DNA from: Callorhinchus milii
Lineage: Eukaryota
Direction: 5' to 3'
NCBI RefSeq assembly: GCF_018977255.1
Contig: NW_024704743.1
Location: 49,292,001 to 49,356,000, forward strand
DNA length: 64,000 nucleotides
In this document: in pieces, positions 1-12,900 of the stretch
Layout of the letters: every line of letters begins with the position of its first letter
How positions within the stretch are numbered: the first letter of the stretch is position 1
Made by a program: the position numbers and the translations under genes
The notes under the pieces: generated by a model
What the model was told of the DNA's origin: nothing
Database searches by the model: none
The model's input: only the letters and a program-made list of their open reading frames with translations

Positions 1-222
1 GCTAATTATTTTCCCTTCATGTGGCCATTGTCTTTCAGACTGTCCTCTGACAGTACTACTTAGGACCTTGTGTGTTCTGTTACAGCTGCTGGTCCCCATA
101 ATCAGTTTAACAGTGGATCACCAGATGTCTGCCTGGCTGGTTAGCTGCGATTTAAATAATTTATTGACTTTGTTTCATTAATGCTTGAGACAAATGCTCT
201 CTAGATTCATTGATTTACAGCC

Positions 223-610
223 GTGTGTCAGCCTGGCTCAGAGGCGGCACTCTCACCTCTGAGTCAGAAGGTTGTGGGTTCAAACCCCACGTCGGGACTT
301 GGAATCACTTCGTCGAAGCTGACACTCCAGTGCAGCACTGGGGCGGTGTTGCATTGTTGGAGGTGCCGTCCTTCAGATGAGATGTTAAAACGGAGGTCCT
401 GCCTGCTTGTTCAGGTGGATGTTAAAGATCCTATGGCATTATTTAAAAACAGAAGGGAGTTTCATCCAGGGTCCTGGCCAACAAATCCCTTAAATAAAAT
501 TGGTCACTCACTCCATGGCTTGTTTGTGGGACATTGCTGTGCAGAAGCTGGCTGCCATCCCAACATCTCAACAACTTGATAAGGCGCTATATCAAATGCA
601 ATGATTATTA
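223..610 (+). mobile_element. DeuSINE-like (SacSINE1-type) tRNA-derived SINE
   Basis: tRNA-like head ggctca...ctctgagtcagaaggttgtgggttcaaacccc; Deu core gatgagatgttaaa...aaagatcctatggca; L2-type tail. Related copies ~6520-6770, 13452-13600, 24140-24280 (+). Confidence 0.8.
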
Positions 611-761
611 TAATTGCAAATAATAATTGTGAATGGGCATTTTTCACTCATTGAAACACTTCTATTCATTAGGCATAGCTAAAAACATTGTTTCATACCT
701 AATTTTTGCCTTAAAGTCAAAGAATATTAATTAAGAGGTAATGATTTGTTCTCTTGTTTAG

Positions 762-918
762 GTCCCTTCAATCTCTGCAAATTCGATGCGATTGCATGCC
801 TCAAACCCTAACCTGTCTGAAATGTTTCTTGGAGAAACAAAACATTTTTCAGATGTTTCTGATCTACCTTCAAACTACTCCAAGCTCCAAGAAGAGTTCT
901 GCCACATTGCACAAGAAG
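762..918 (+). CDS. OSBPL3: OSBPL3 exon ([18 protein letters not shown]...FCHIAQE)
   Basis: tttag| acceptor, G|gtaact donor, 157 nt, ends phase 1. Confidence 0.9.
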
Positions 919-3900
919 GTAACTGCTGTCATCGCTTTCAGCAAAACCTAAAAATATCTTTTTTTCTCACAAGTTATAGCTTTAAACAAAAGGATTGTGC
1001 ACATTGGCTGAGCACTTTCAGCTCTAATTTCTCCTACGTTTTGTCCTCAAATAAAAGATCAGTCTACATTTCGGATGACTTTGTATCCAAAATGAGCAAA
1101 TATTTCAGTAAAACTTATGATGGAATTTGATATGATGCTTGATGCAGACAAACCAGAAAGCAGGTATTGTCAGATTAGAACCATGGCTTGAAATTTATTT
1201 TGAATAGTTAATATTTAAAATTTTTAGGAGTAAACACCTAATGATCATAGAGTATCATTCATCTCCTTCAATTGGTGGGGGGTGTGGGGGCAGCGTTGGG
1301 CGAGTGGTGGGTGGTCTATAGAAAGAGAGAAAATATTTGATTAAGGTTCAAAAGGATTGCTTGGATTGATTGACCAGTTGAATCTCATTTGATTTTGGAT
1401 GAACATACAAAATCACATGTTGAAATGTGATGAGGTGTCAAGACGTCAACATTCTTCAGGGTAAACTGTTCACTGCTGCTGTTGAGACAGACAGTTATTC
1501 ACTTGCAGATGACCAGAAAAATAAGATGGCAAGTGAAGGACAGACAACAATCAATTGGTCATAAGACAACCATTAGTGTATTGTGCTGAAGATTGATCTA
1601 CCTATCCTCATTTCTCAATAGGCAGAATAGGCGGTCATCCTTTTGTAAAAGCATATAGGCATAGAATTTCTCTAATTACAGATTGTTTTGGGATGACATT
1701 TATATTGTGACATCCCAAACCTTTAATACCTTATCTGTATGTTTGTATGCATCAGATATGAGTTAATAGTACACAAAGCAAAGGAATTTACTGGGGTAGA
1801 AATCATTAAAAGATTAATCAAAAAACACTAATGGGCTGATATAAATTATACTACTCTTGAGGTAAATCCTGTTTTGTCTGACATGTGCAGACTGCCACCA
1901 CCATGCTTAAGAATATCCAAACCAGATAGATATTCCACATATGCTAACTACACATGGAAATTCCTGTTTCTGGAATGGAATGTACACATTCATCCTGAAA
2001 GAACACACTCTGCTTACCTAATTCCAGAGGTTGGCAAGAGCCAAAACATGGGGACCCCAGAGTATGCTTTGTGGTATTATTTGTTCTTTAACGAGCTAAA
2101 GCACACAGCTTGATACTGTCTGATAAACTTCCCGCTGCTTGTTTAGTGAGAACCAAGCCTCTCCTCGTCTTCGAGATGTCTCAAAGCACTTCACAGAATA
2201 TACTGTAAAGTGAATTGACAGTATATTTTGTGGGCGAAACGCTGCAGCCAATTGTGCACAGCAGTGTCCCACAAACTTTCGTGGATTGAAGTGACCAATT
2301 TATTATTATTGGTTTTTTTTGAAAAAAATAATAATCGGGAACTGAATGGGAAAAATCCCTGCCCCCAATGATTGGTCTACCCCTTGAAGTTCTGCTGATG
2401 AGCCAGACTGGCTGCTCTTTCAAAAGCAGTGCCCTGGAGAACTGTGGACCCGCTTGGCTCAGGAACTGAACTACCAAGATACCTGCAGAGGATTGACTCA
2501 ATTCTGACATTCTGTTGCTAAGTATGTCACCTTTGAACCAGTTCAGCTCCAAGGAGACCTGCTCACCTACCCCCCCCCCCCCCAAAAGAAGAATGGTCAA
2601 AAGTAGTAGTCCAATTGCAATAGAGCGCTGGTCAGATATCATATGGTTCTGGGTACCCATAGCTTAGGAAAGATAAACCAATTCCAATGATAATTCACCA
2701 GCTGTGACGGTGTTACTTAAATTTGAGTTGTATGGCCCAGATTTGAGATTACAAAGTGATTTAATTGAGGTATTGCAAATAATATTTCACAAGGTAGATG
2801 GGAATCAGTTTATCTCTCTAGTATTGGAACTAATAACAAATTGGGGACATCATTTTAAGATTGGATCTAAAACAAATTAAAAATGAACACTTTTGAGAGT
2901 GTGCTGCATCGTTTGGTTAGGTGGGATGTTGTCTTTAGGTGGTTGAGGATAATTTGATCAAAGTGATTAGAATTCTGAAAGGGCAATTCAAAGTGAGTAA
3001 CTTTCCACCTGGTGGAGCCACGAGTTACAACAGAGTATAATGTTAAAATGAGAGCAAAATGGATTTGGCCCAAGATGAGGAAACATTTCTTGTTACAGAA
3101 AGTAATGGGCATCTGAGATGCACTGCCCCAGAAAAACAAAAAAGGAAATCGATTGAGAAATTTAAGTGAGAGGTGGATAGATACTTGGAGGTAAAATAAA
3201 TTATGGATATGGTGGGATATGGAGGTTTGTAATATATGGGCCGAATGGCTTTCTCCACTCCTATTCCTAATTTCCTTTTTTTCCCTATGGAATGTGAAAA
3301 CCACTGCCATAAAAAGTCATCCCTACAGATTGAACTGAGTTATTTATGAACAAGATAGCCAGTGACGTAGGCAGTGAAGTTATTCAGGAATATATTGAAA
3401 GTTGAGGAAATGGTATTGGAGAGATCAGTAGCTGTCCAAGAAAAAATAAAATGCCAGAGCAGACTTGAGTATGATTGACCGTCTCCTGTTCCTTCTTGTA
3501 CTTCTTTCCCTACTATTTTATTATGGTAATTTCTAATAATATTCAAGAATTGGTGTGTTGTACTTAAAACTACACCACTATGTAAAATTCAACACCATAT
3601 TCCTAAAACCAGTTTGGATATAATTCGTGCAAATGTTTTGTCATTCTGAAGTCTCGTTATTCTGGATATAATCATTAAAATATTTTTCATGTTTTTTTGT
3701 TAGTTCATTGCAGTTTGAAGTCTGCATTTAATACAATAGTAATTGAAAAGGAGAAACTGAAGCAGATGGTATCGGAACACGATGTTTGCCCATCACCATC
3801 TGGACAAATGATTGGCCTGAAGAATGCCTTATCCACGGTAAGCTTGGAAAGGTGCAACAGCAATTACTAAAGTTAAATCTCTTTACAAATGTATAAATGT

Positions 3901-6900
3901 GAAAAATAATAGGAAAGATGCTTGACGCTGTTATTCAATACTTGTTACCACACTGCAATCAAAACTGATGCACAAATTGATGTTTGCTTGGGTAACCTTT
4001 TTGTATTAGTCTGGTGAGGAAAGGTAATTGTCTTATTAATGTCTTGCATGAATAATTTTATCTTTCACAGGAACTTTGTGTGGAATTTCTTGGCAGTCGT
4101 ACAACGGAATAATTGTTTCACTGGTAGCTTTTGTTCAAGCTTGTTATCTGTACACTAGTCCTTTACAGTATCAGGTTTATAGGCATCAGTGGAAAGGTGT
4201 CAAGTTCAGAAAACGAACATTACATCAATCTTATTTTAATATTTGCTTTCTTGGGGGTGGGGGGGTGTTGTATCAATTTACAGTTTTGTTTTTGATTCAA
4301 TGAATACAAGAAGTGATTGTAATCCCATTGACAAAATTGTTTTGGGAACCTTATGAAGCTCAGTTAGGATCAGTCAAGATGTAATCAGACATGGTGGTTT
4401 TAGTAATTCCCATTTCAGTTGTATTAATTCATCTCTTACCCAATTTACTTCTGCAGTATCCTGATGTTCTATTTTTCCCATTGGTATTTGAATGTTCAGA
4501 CAAAAAATAAGAAAATTAATTTGTTTAATCACATAACGCTCTCTGGATCAATACATTCCATGCTGAACGTTATTTATGTAAATTACGATGGCAGATGTAA
4601 TTTATGGAGTTAGAGAGACCAAGCGTTAATTTGTATGTTCTAAATTTCTGCAAGGTTTATTGGAGATATGGCGGTCCTGAGAAAACCATCAAAAAGGCTT
4701 CAGTTGTGCACAAGTTTAAAGCGGCTTCTCTATCCCATAGAAATTAATGCTCCCAATATCAGTAAGAATGTATGTACACAGCTCTTTGCAAGCCTGTAAA
4801 GTACACCTTGTGTTGCTGGGTAGCTCAAAGAACCTCTGAGAAATGTATTTGTGCCAGAAATACTAACATGCAGAACCAAACAATGACTAAGGATAACAGT
4901 TAGTGTCAAAAAAATTGTTAAAAAGAAAATCTTTACAAACCCTCAACATATCTGCAATAAGGAGGGCTTCAGTGGACTCCCAGAAAATGGTAACTTATGT
5001 TATAGAGAGGCAGGGTAATGAATCTGACTGTGCATGTGTGCAGCAGTTGAGTCGCTCATTGCATGTTGTAAAAGAATAAATAGCCAATTTCCAGGTCATT
5101 ATGTCGTCACCAATGTTGCTTCTTGTTTGCTGCAATTATGGCTTGCGTAGGCCATTAGATCACTACCAGCATTACACCTACTTTGCACCTGTGCATCAAA
5201 AGTAGGAAGTGCTATTGAAGATAACCTGATGACTGTGCGTGTGCAGTGGATGGGGTCCACTGTTATAATGAGGTGTTCAGTGCAACCACGTTATAAGCAT
5301 GTTTCCACGATGGAGAAGTGAATTCTGAGGTGCATTTCTCCTCACATGCCTGACTCTCAGCATAACCTATTCATATATTAGAGGGAAAGAGAATGGGATC
5401 CTTGATGGTGCATTCCTTGGGTAGGGGGAGGAACTGGAGATGGTTAATAGCCTAATTTCTTACCCACCCCCCCTGAACACCTTCACTAACCCCAGAGAAG
5501 GCCTTGTGACAGTACCTCCCAGGGCTGGCTGGCATACTTCTCACCCTCTTTCCACCTTATCTCTCCAGTGCTGCATCATCCACCTTGCCCTCTGAGCTGC
5601 CATGCCCTGAATGTTGCTGTGAACCTGTACTGTTTGTTGCAGAGTAGGCCTGTCTAGGGGGCACCAGGAACGAGAGGAACATGTTGATGGCCTTGTTCCC
5701 TTACGTTTCTCTCTATCTCTACTTCTTTGCTCATGGCAGGTTTATTTGTGCTTTGGATATTTCATGCTGTATCAAATTGGTAATTTGAACCATTTCCTAA
5801 ATACATAATTCCCTGATTTTCAAGTGAATTATGAAGATTTTGATCAACTGACACCTACTCCATCTTGACTAATGATCCTTTGTTTCTGCAACTTTCAAGA
5901 CTAGGGATATTTTTATGCATTTTGTAAGTTCATCATTCAAATATATTTTATCACCTTTGAATAGATTGTGCAATTTCAGAATAATAAAAATATCAAAACT
6001 ACCGTCTAGTGTGAAGTCTGAACTAAGCAGAACAGACCTAGGTGATTTGACAAGTTGATTTATTTTGAACCACACTAATACCTCATCATTTTTTTAAAAA
6101 AGCTACATGTCAAGAGGGGAAAGTCTATCCTTCATATTATATGATAAATAACCTGTCAGTTTCTCCTCCCAATGGTGTTTAGCTTCTCTTGTGTTCACCG
6201 TATCACATTTCAGCTTTGTAAATATTTGATTTCAGGGCTTCCACTGTTAATATTGGTCTTTATTCTTCTTTGTCTTAAGAAAAATAGGAACATCAGAAGA
6301 ATTCCATAATGTTATAAAAGTTGCACAAAATGTAGTATGTTACGTCGCTTCCTGGTTGTAAGAGTTTATCTGTGATGTGCCAAATTGTCGGGCAGCAAGG
6401 TTTTAATGTTCTCCTGAGTTTAAAAACTTCCACAAAGTAGTTTTCTTTTAATATGTTTGCTGTCTCTTGTTCATTCTCTTTTTCAACCACTTTAGGGTAC
6501 TTTGGGGTTTAAATCAAACAAGATGTTAAACTGAGGTACTATCTGCCTGTTCAGGTGTATGTTAAAGATCTTATGGCACTGTTCAGAAAGAAAATATGAC
6601 TTCTTCCTCGTGACCTGGCTAATAATCCCCAAATGAAACAAATTGATCACTCACTTTATAGCTGTTTATGGGACATTGCTGTGTGCAAATTGGATGCTGA
6701 GTTTGCCCACAAATTCAGTCACTACACTTGACAGCAATTTGAGACCTTTTGATGTGATCAGGCACTATATCTCATGAAAAGATTTTATTTTAAAATAAAA
6801 GTGACTGACTATTTTGGTGGATCAGCTAGGGATTTTTGTTTGGCCCACATGTCACCTTTAAGTAGCTATTTCTTACCTCAAAGTGTGTTTCTGGGTAAAT

Positions 6901-9900
6901 CTCAAGCTATTTGGTATCTCTGAAGAGCTGATCAGAATTTTCCACCGAAGCATTTTTGCATGTAGATGTTCTGGATGTATTCTTTGAAGTGATACGAAAT
7001 GATGATGCACAGTTAATGAGTGGTAAACTGTGATACTGAAATGTAATGACATGAAATGCTTAAAAGCTGCAAGTGATGGAATTGGAAGTGGTTACGGTGT
7101 TTGAGAGAGTCTTGTCATTATTTTTCAGGTTCTCAGTGTTTCTCTCCCCTGCCATCCCTAATAGAGAAAGGTGTGCCTTGTGATTTAGCTAAGAGGTCAA
7201 AGAATTTGATTGATGCCTTCCTTTTCTCTTTTAACCCCCACCCTCCCCACCTCACGCACACACACAAAGATTATAGATTCCTCTCAACATACTGTATGCC
7301 TCTCCCTCCAGGAACAGTTTGCAGGCTACTGCAGGCAAAGCTTAATTTAAAAATAAATCCAATTAAACTAATTGCCCTAATCTGTACCTGGTACTTTTTC
7401 TGTCTGCTTCTATCATTAGAAGAAAGAAAATATTTTATTTAAATTTCCTCTCTGATTTACACTTTTAAAGCACCTTTGATGCATATTTTCTGTTTCTAAC
7501 ATGGTAAATGGAGCTATAAAGAATTTTAAAAGGAACTTGACACTGAAAATCAAAAAGGATTCAGGGTTATTAGGTGATGAGGCAGATGTGTGAAAGGAAT
7601 CTTTTAGTAAATTGGAAGGATAGGCTAGGTGGCCTAATCTACCTGAAACTGGTACTAGTCATAATAACCTGCTTTGTGCTTCAAAGTCCAGTGCACAAAA
7701 TGCAAAACTTGGAGTTTAACAGGCGTCACAATCTCTTAGTGTTTTGCCGACTAGACGAAAGCACAGTGCAACTTTGACAACAGTTTTTAAGCTACAAAAT
7801 TAATTTGTCCATTTTATTTTTCCCCATTTTTTTCCTTTTTGTCCAATAAAACTATTGTTCTTTCCGTGTTCATTGTTTGAATTGTCCTTGAAAATTTAAA
7901 GGTACCAAATTCACCCTCCCCCAACCCCACCCCCCAAAAAATCGCTGCAGATTTGTTGCTGCATTTATCTATATGACATTTCTATATTAAGTACAAGGTG
8001 CTCTTCAGATATCATCCTTTTTTGATTGGGTTATTCATTTAGGGTTTGCGTGCCTTGTGATTTAGATGGACGTAAAGACTCGAATTTCAGTTCGACTTTA
8101 AAATAACTTTACTATATGTTTTTTTAAATGAATTTCTGGGGTCTTTTTATTAAAATTTCTGAATGGGCTGATATCTGGGGTGAAAATTTTAAGTGAATTG
8201 CTGAAGACTTAATGCAACTTTCTGGCATGATCAGTCTGTTTTATATACTTTTTTTTGTTTTAATAATTCATGTTTTCTGTGTTTCCTTGATAACTTTTTT
8301 TTATCAGGCCATAGCTCAGAATACAGAGCTCAGGGACCGGCTGTGCAGGATACACGCTGAGTCTAGGCTGGTAGACCCAGCTGTCACTGTAAATTCAAGT
8401 CCAGGTCCAGTTAAGGTGGGTTGATGAAAATATTGTTCATTATATCCATATTATAAATCAAGAATTTTTAATGTGTAACTGTAGTTTTTTGAATTCCTAC
8501 AATTGACAAAGAGCATGTACGTCACAAATACCGAGATACATCTCAGAAACATGATATATCTGTAATTGCATAGTTTGTTCACAATTTATTCTATTCAAAC
8601 CATTGATGCAAAAACAAACTTTTCCCATAAACTCTTATTGATCAAGTTAGGTCATATCAGCGAGGTTTCAATGCCATATTTAACATTATGTGGTTATAGA
8701 TTACAATATATTATATTTAATATTATATTTAACATTGGCTATTTGTGGAACATTGCTATGCACAAATTGCCTGCTGCGTTCGCCCACAAATACGGTCATT
8801 ACATTTTACCGTATATGCTGTGAAACTCTTTAGGACATCCTCCTGACATGAAAAGTGCTACACCAAATGTAAGGATTATTATGTGAAAAATCTTAGCAGC
8901 TCATAGTTGTACAATTAATAATTCATAGTTAGTCATACAAGAATTGTAGGATGGATATTTTTGGATTGAATTTCTTTGCATAAAGAGGCAGCCTGTGTTT
9001 GTTTTGAAGAAAGAATCTTTATGATTATAGATTTAGTCTATTCTCTCTTGTAGAAGACTGGGGAACACTGAAAAGGCACCAACACAAAACATTGCTGTTT
9101 TGTTCACTCCATGGCTGTTTGTTGCTGTGCCCAATAGGCTGCCGCATTTCACTCACAAAATATACAATCAATCCACTTTACAGTAAATTCTGTGAAATGC
9201 TTTGAAATGTCTCAACAACATGATAAGGCACTATATCAAATGCAAGGATTATTATTGCCATTGCCTTCTCAAAAACTCCAGTGACTGGAAAGATGCAACA
9301 CTTTTGTCTTTTTGCTTGTAGCTGTGTTTTATGTTGAGAATGCTGGTGCTACTTACATCAGAACAGTTACTGAATCTATCTGTTTAGGAGGGCACTGAAT
9401 TATTAGTTAAATTGTCAGGTTTACTGTCTTTGTTGGGTGTTCACGTCTCCCAGCCAGTTTCTCCACAGTGATTCTTTCCACATTCTCAGTTCTAATAAAT
9501 AATATAATCCTTGCATTTAATATAGCGCCTCATCAGACAACAACAAACAAACAAAAATTACATTGGTACAGCACCTTTCACGTCAGGAGGACGTCTCAAG
9601 GTGCTGAAAACGTCTCAAAATGCTTGACAGAGTATACTGTAAAGTGAATTGACTGTATAAAACTAGACATTTAAAAATCAGCAAACTCACTCTGCTCCTA
9701 AATTGTGTAAATGATATTAAACTGTGCTTCGTATGTGCAGAAATGCAGATTTTTTTTCAAGCTTCATATTTCTTGTCAATGTAAAACATTTCTGTTCCCT
9801 CAGGATGAAGTCTATAGTGCACTGTCAGTGGCTAACTATTCCACTATCACTTCAAAGTGGCTTTTAAAGTGTTACGTGCACCCAATGTCAATCATGACAT

Positions 9901-12900
9901 TTGCGATATTTTCTCCTGTATTTTAATTATCTTTGTTCTGAATGATGGTGTCAGTCCGGGAAGAAACTCCTTATGGTTTATGCACCCCCTCTTGCCCACC
10001 TCTCTGAGTTTTAAATTTAAAATAAATAGAAAGAAAGAACTTGCATTTTATAGCACTTTCTATCAAAACATCTCAAAACGCTTCACAAATAATTATCATC
10101 AAGTGCGATGACTATCTTTGTAGGCAAATATAACAGTCATTTGCGCAAGCAGGCCCTATAAAAACCACGAGTGACGGGTTAATGTGGCAGATTGATGGCC
10201 AAAACACTGGGAGAATTCCCTTCTCTAATAGTGTCACAGGAATTTTAAGGTATGACCTCAGATAACCTCTTATCTGAATCATGGCATTTCTGATAATGCA
10301 GCACTCCCTCAGGACTGCACTGATGTCAGCCTGGACACTTGAACCTTCTGCCTTAGAGGCAGCACTGTTACTAACTTGACATATTTATGTTAAATAATGC
10401 AGCCGAGAAGTTGAATAGTAACCATTACTGAAGTTTTTGATAGTGGTGAAGGGTATTTTAATACAGAGAATCTGGTTCAGCACCTCTCTCCCTATCATAT
10501 GATTGTCATGTTATCAAAATGTGATGTGTTTTTCAGGAGGTTTAAAGTTGTATATTGTTTGCATGTTTTCTCGGCAGTGTCACTTATAATCAAAGCCGTT
10601 TCTTTCATTGACTTTTAGCGTGATAATGTGTGGAAATTACTTGGAAAGTATGTAAATGAAGGGCCGGGCTGCAAACTAGGACATTTTGCGATTAATTTGC
10701 ATATTGCCAGCTCAGGCCCACAGAGATTTCAGTCTCCAGCAAATCTCCCTTACTGCTCCTTTAGTCTTCACATATCCTTAGCCCATTTTCAACAAGCTTG
10801 AAATTGTCTTCAGTATTCACTTCCCCATATTCTCTCACCAGCAAACGCCTAAATGTTTTCTTGGATCACAACTAGAGGTATTGATTAACTGCAATGTTTG
10901 ATAACTGAAAGGATTTTTCAAGTGTATTAATGTTCATATCCCATCTGTAAGAAGCAGTCCATAAACTGTTTGTTAATCCAAACATTAGCTATTCACAATT
11001 GTTCTTTCCTGAAGTGTTTGACCAATTCTAGCTTGAGGAGGGGAAGGGGCTTGTTCAATTGACAGTGAATGTGATTTGCTGTTGTGAGGAAAGAAACACC
11101 TGAGCAGATGTGTAAAATGTAATCCTACCACATAAACAAAAATCAATCAGCAAGCGATGGACTCCCATAGTACATGATTTTATTCTGCTTTTATGTACAA
11201 TACCAACTCTGAGTTACAGCTAATGACCACCAAACTAGAAATGTTGAACGTTTCATTCGGCGCACAAAGTCAAAGCATAGCCAACAGTATTTTTCCATCT
11301 TATTATTTCTCTTGCCTTTATCTTTTGTGTCAAATTCGGTTTCACCCGGATGACTCATCTATGACTTTACAGTGATGATGACTCTCATTTATATTCGTTG
11401 TGGTCTAGATTTGTCCGTTCTGAGCAATTCAATTTCTGAGTAATGTGATTACCTGGCAAGGCAATCCTAATTATTTAGTGGAAACCAAGCAAGCCCGAGT
11501 AGTTGAGCCTAATCGGGATTTTCCATCACCACTCAATTTTCCAGTGAGCATTTAATGGGTTGCACAGGATTGTTAATTCAGAAAAGGTCAGTCGCAATGA
11601 AAGACTCTTTCCAATTTGTTTTACTTAATGAACCTTACCAGTAAGATCATTTTAGGTGCATTTCTTCCTGAAATGCAATTTAAGAGTCTTGGATAAAGTA
11701 AGTATTCAAACAAGGAATTGGGAATATTCCTGGAATCTTAAGTGTTCAAGGTTATTAGAGGATGAAATTGATATGCTGAAGGAATCCTTTGGGAAGTTTG
11801 AGTATGTTAGACAGACCAATGGTCCACACCTGCCTGGAACTTTACATAAAATGGGATTTGGGGTAAAATATAGAACCTGTTACAAAATTGGGTTCAAAAT
11901 GAGAATCAAACTGCCTCTGATGGCTCAAAGGGGTTTATGCAGTAGCTGAGTTAAATAGAATAGAATGGGAAGGTTCAAAGTTTGAGTTTCCAATGTTCTG
12001 AGGTAGCTGATTTGAATGGAGGTGGTAGAAGGAAAGCTATTTTTGACCTCAGTGCCTAATATACATGCCTACAGTGCATCAGTAATAATCATTGTCTGAT
12101 CTGTGAGATATTCATCCCAGTGATTAGCTGCAGTAAATGAGGCAAAGAAGTACTGGAGTAGATAAGTAAAAGGTTAGAGTGCATATCAAAGGAGACTATA
12201 GTAGTTAGTTAGATCTCTTCTTGATTTCTACATATCCACTCACGCTCTAATCCTCTTATCTTTGGCCTCTTACACTGCTGGAACCAAGCTCAATGTAAAC
12301 TTCAGAAAGTATTATCTTCCTTGAACAATCTTCAACTCTCTGGGGCTAAGCAGAAGTTTTACCCCCCCCCCCCCCCCACTCCTCCAAACACCCATTTACC
12401 CACTCCATCTCTGAAGTATTTATTTATACGTTGAGTTCTGCCAGATCGCCACCCGTTTATTCTTTTGCCTTATACCCTATATCTGTTTTATCTAAAACTT
12501 TTGAAGTGGGCATTCAATGGATCAATAACTGGCAGTACTCTACACATCAATGAGACCAGAGCCAAGCCACTTTGCTTTATAAGTCTCAGTAGTACATTTC
12601 CTGAGCCTAGGAGGGTGGAGTGTGGGGTGGGGGGCAGCACTCCAGGGCACTTCTGATGACAGCACAGCCAGCCTGGTTCATCGGCAGGACTTGGAGGGAC
12701 AAAACAATTACCGGAGGCAGGGAATCCCTGTTAGCCAAACCTCTAACAGGTTGGGCGGTCCTAGCTGGATAAGCAGAGGGAAAACTTGCCAGGCATTGCT
12801 CTTAATGGCAAGCTATGTGGTTTTAGCTTGTTACGCCCACAAATATACGGTCAATTCACTTTACAATCTATTCTGTGACACACTTTGAGATGTCCAGAAG

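Noticed and set aside
9804..9857. Possible alternative OSBPL3 exon after ttccctcag (DEVYSALSV...)
   Set aside because: No good in-frame donor and no recognisable OSBPL3/6 homology.
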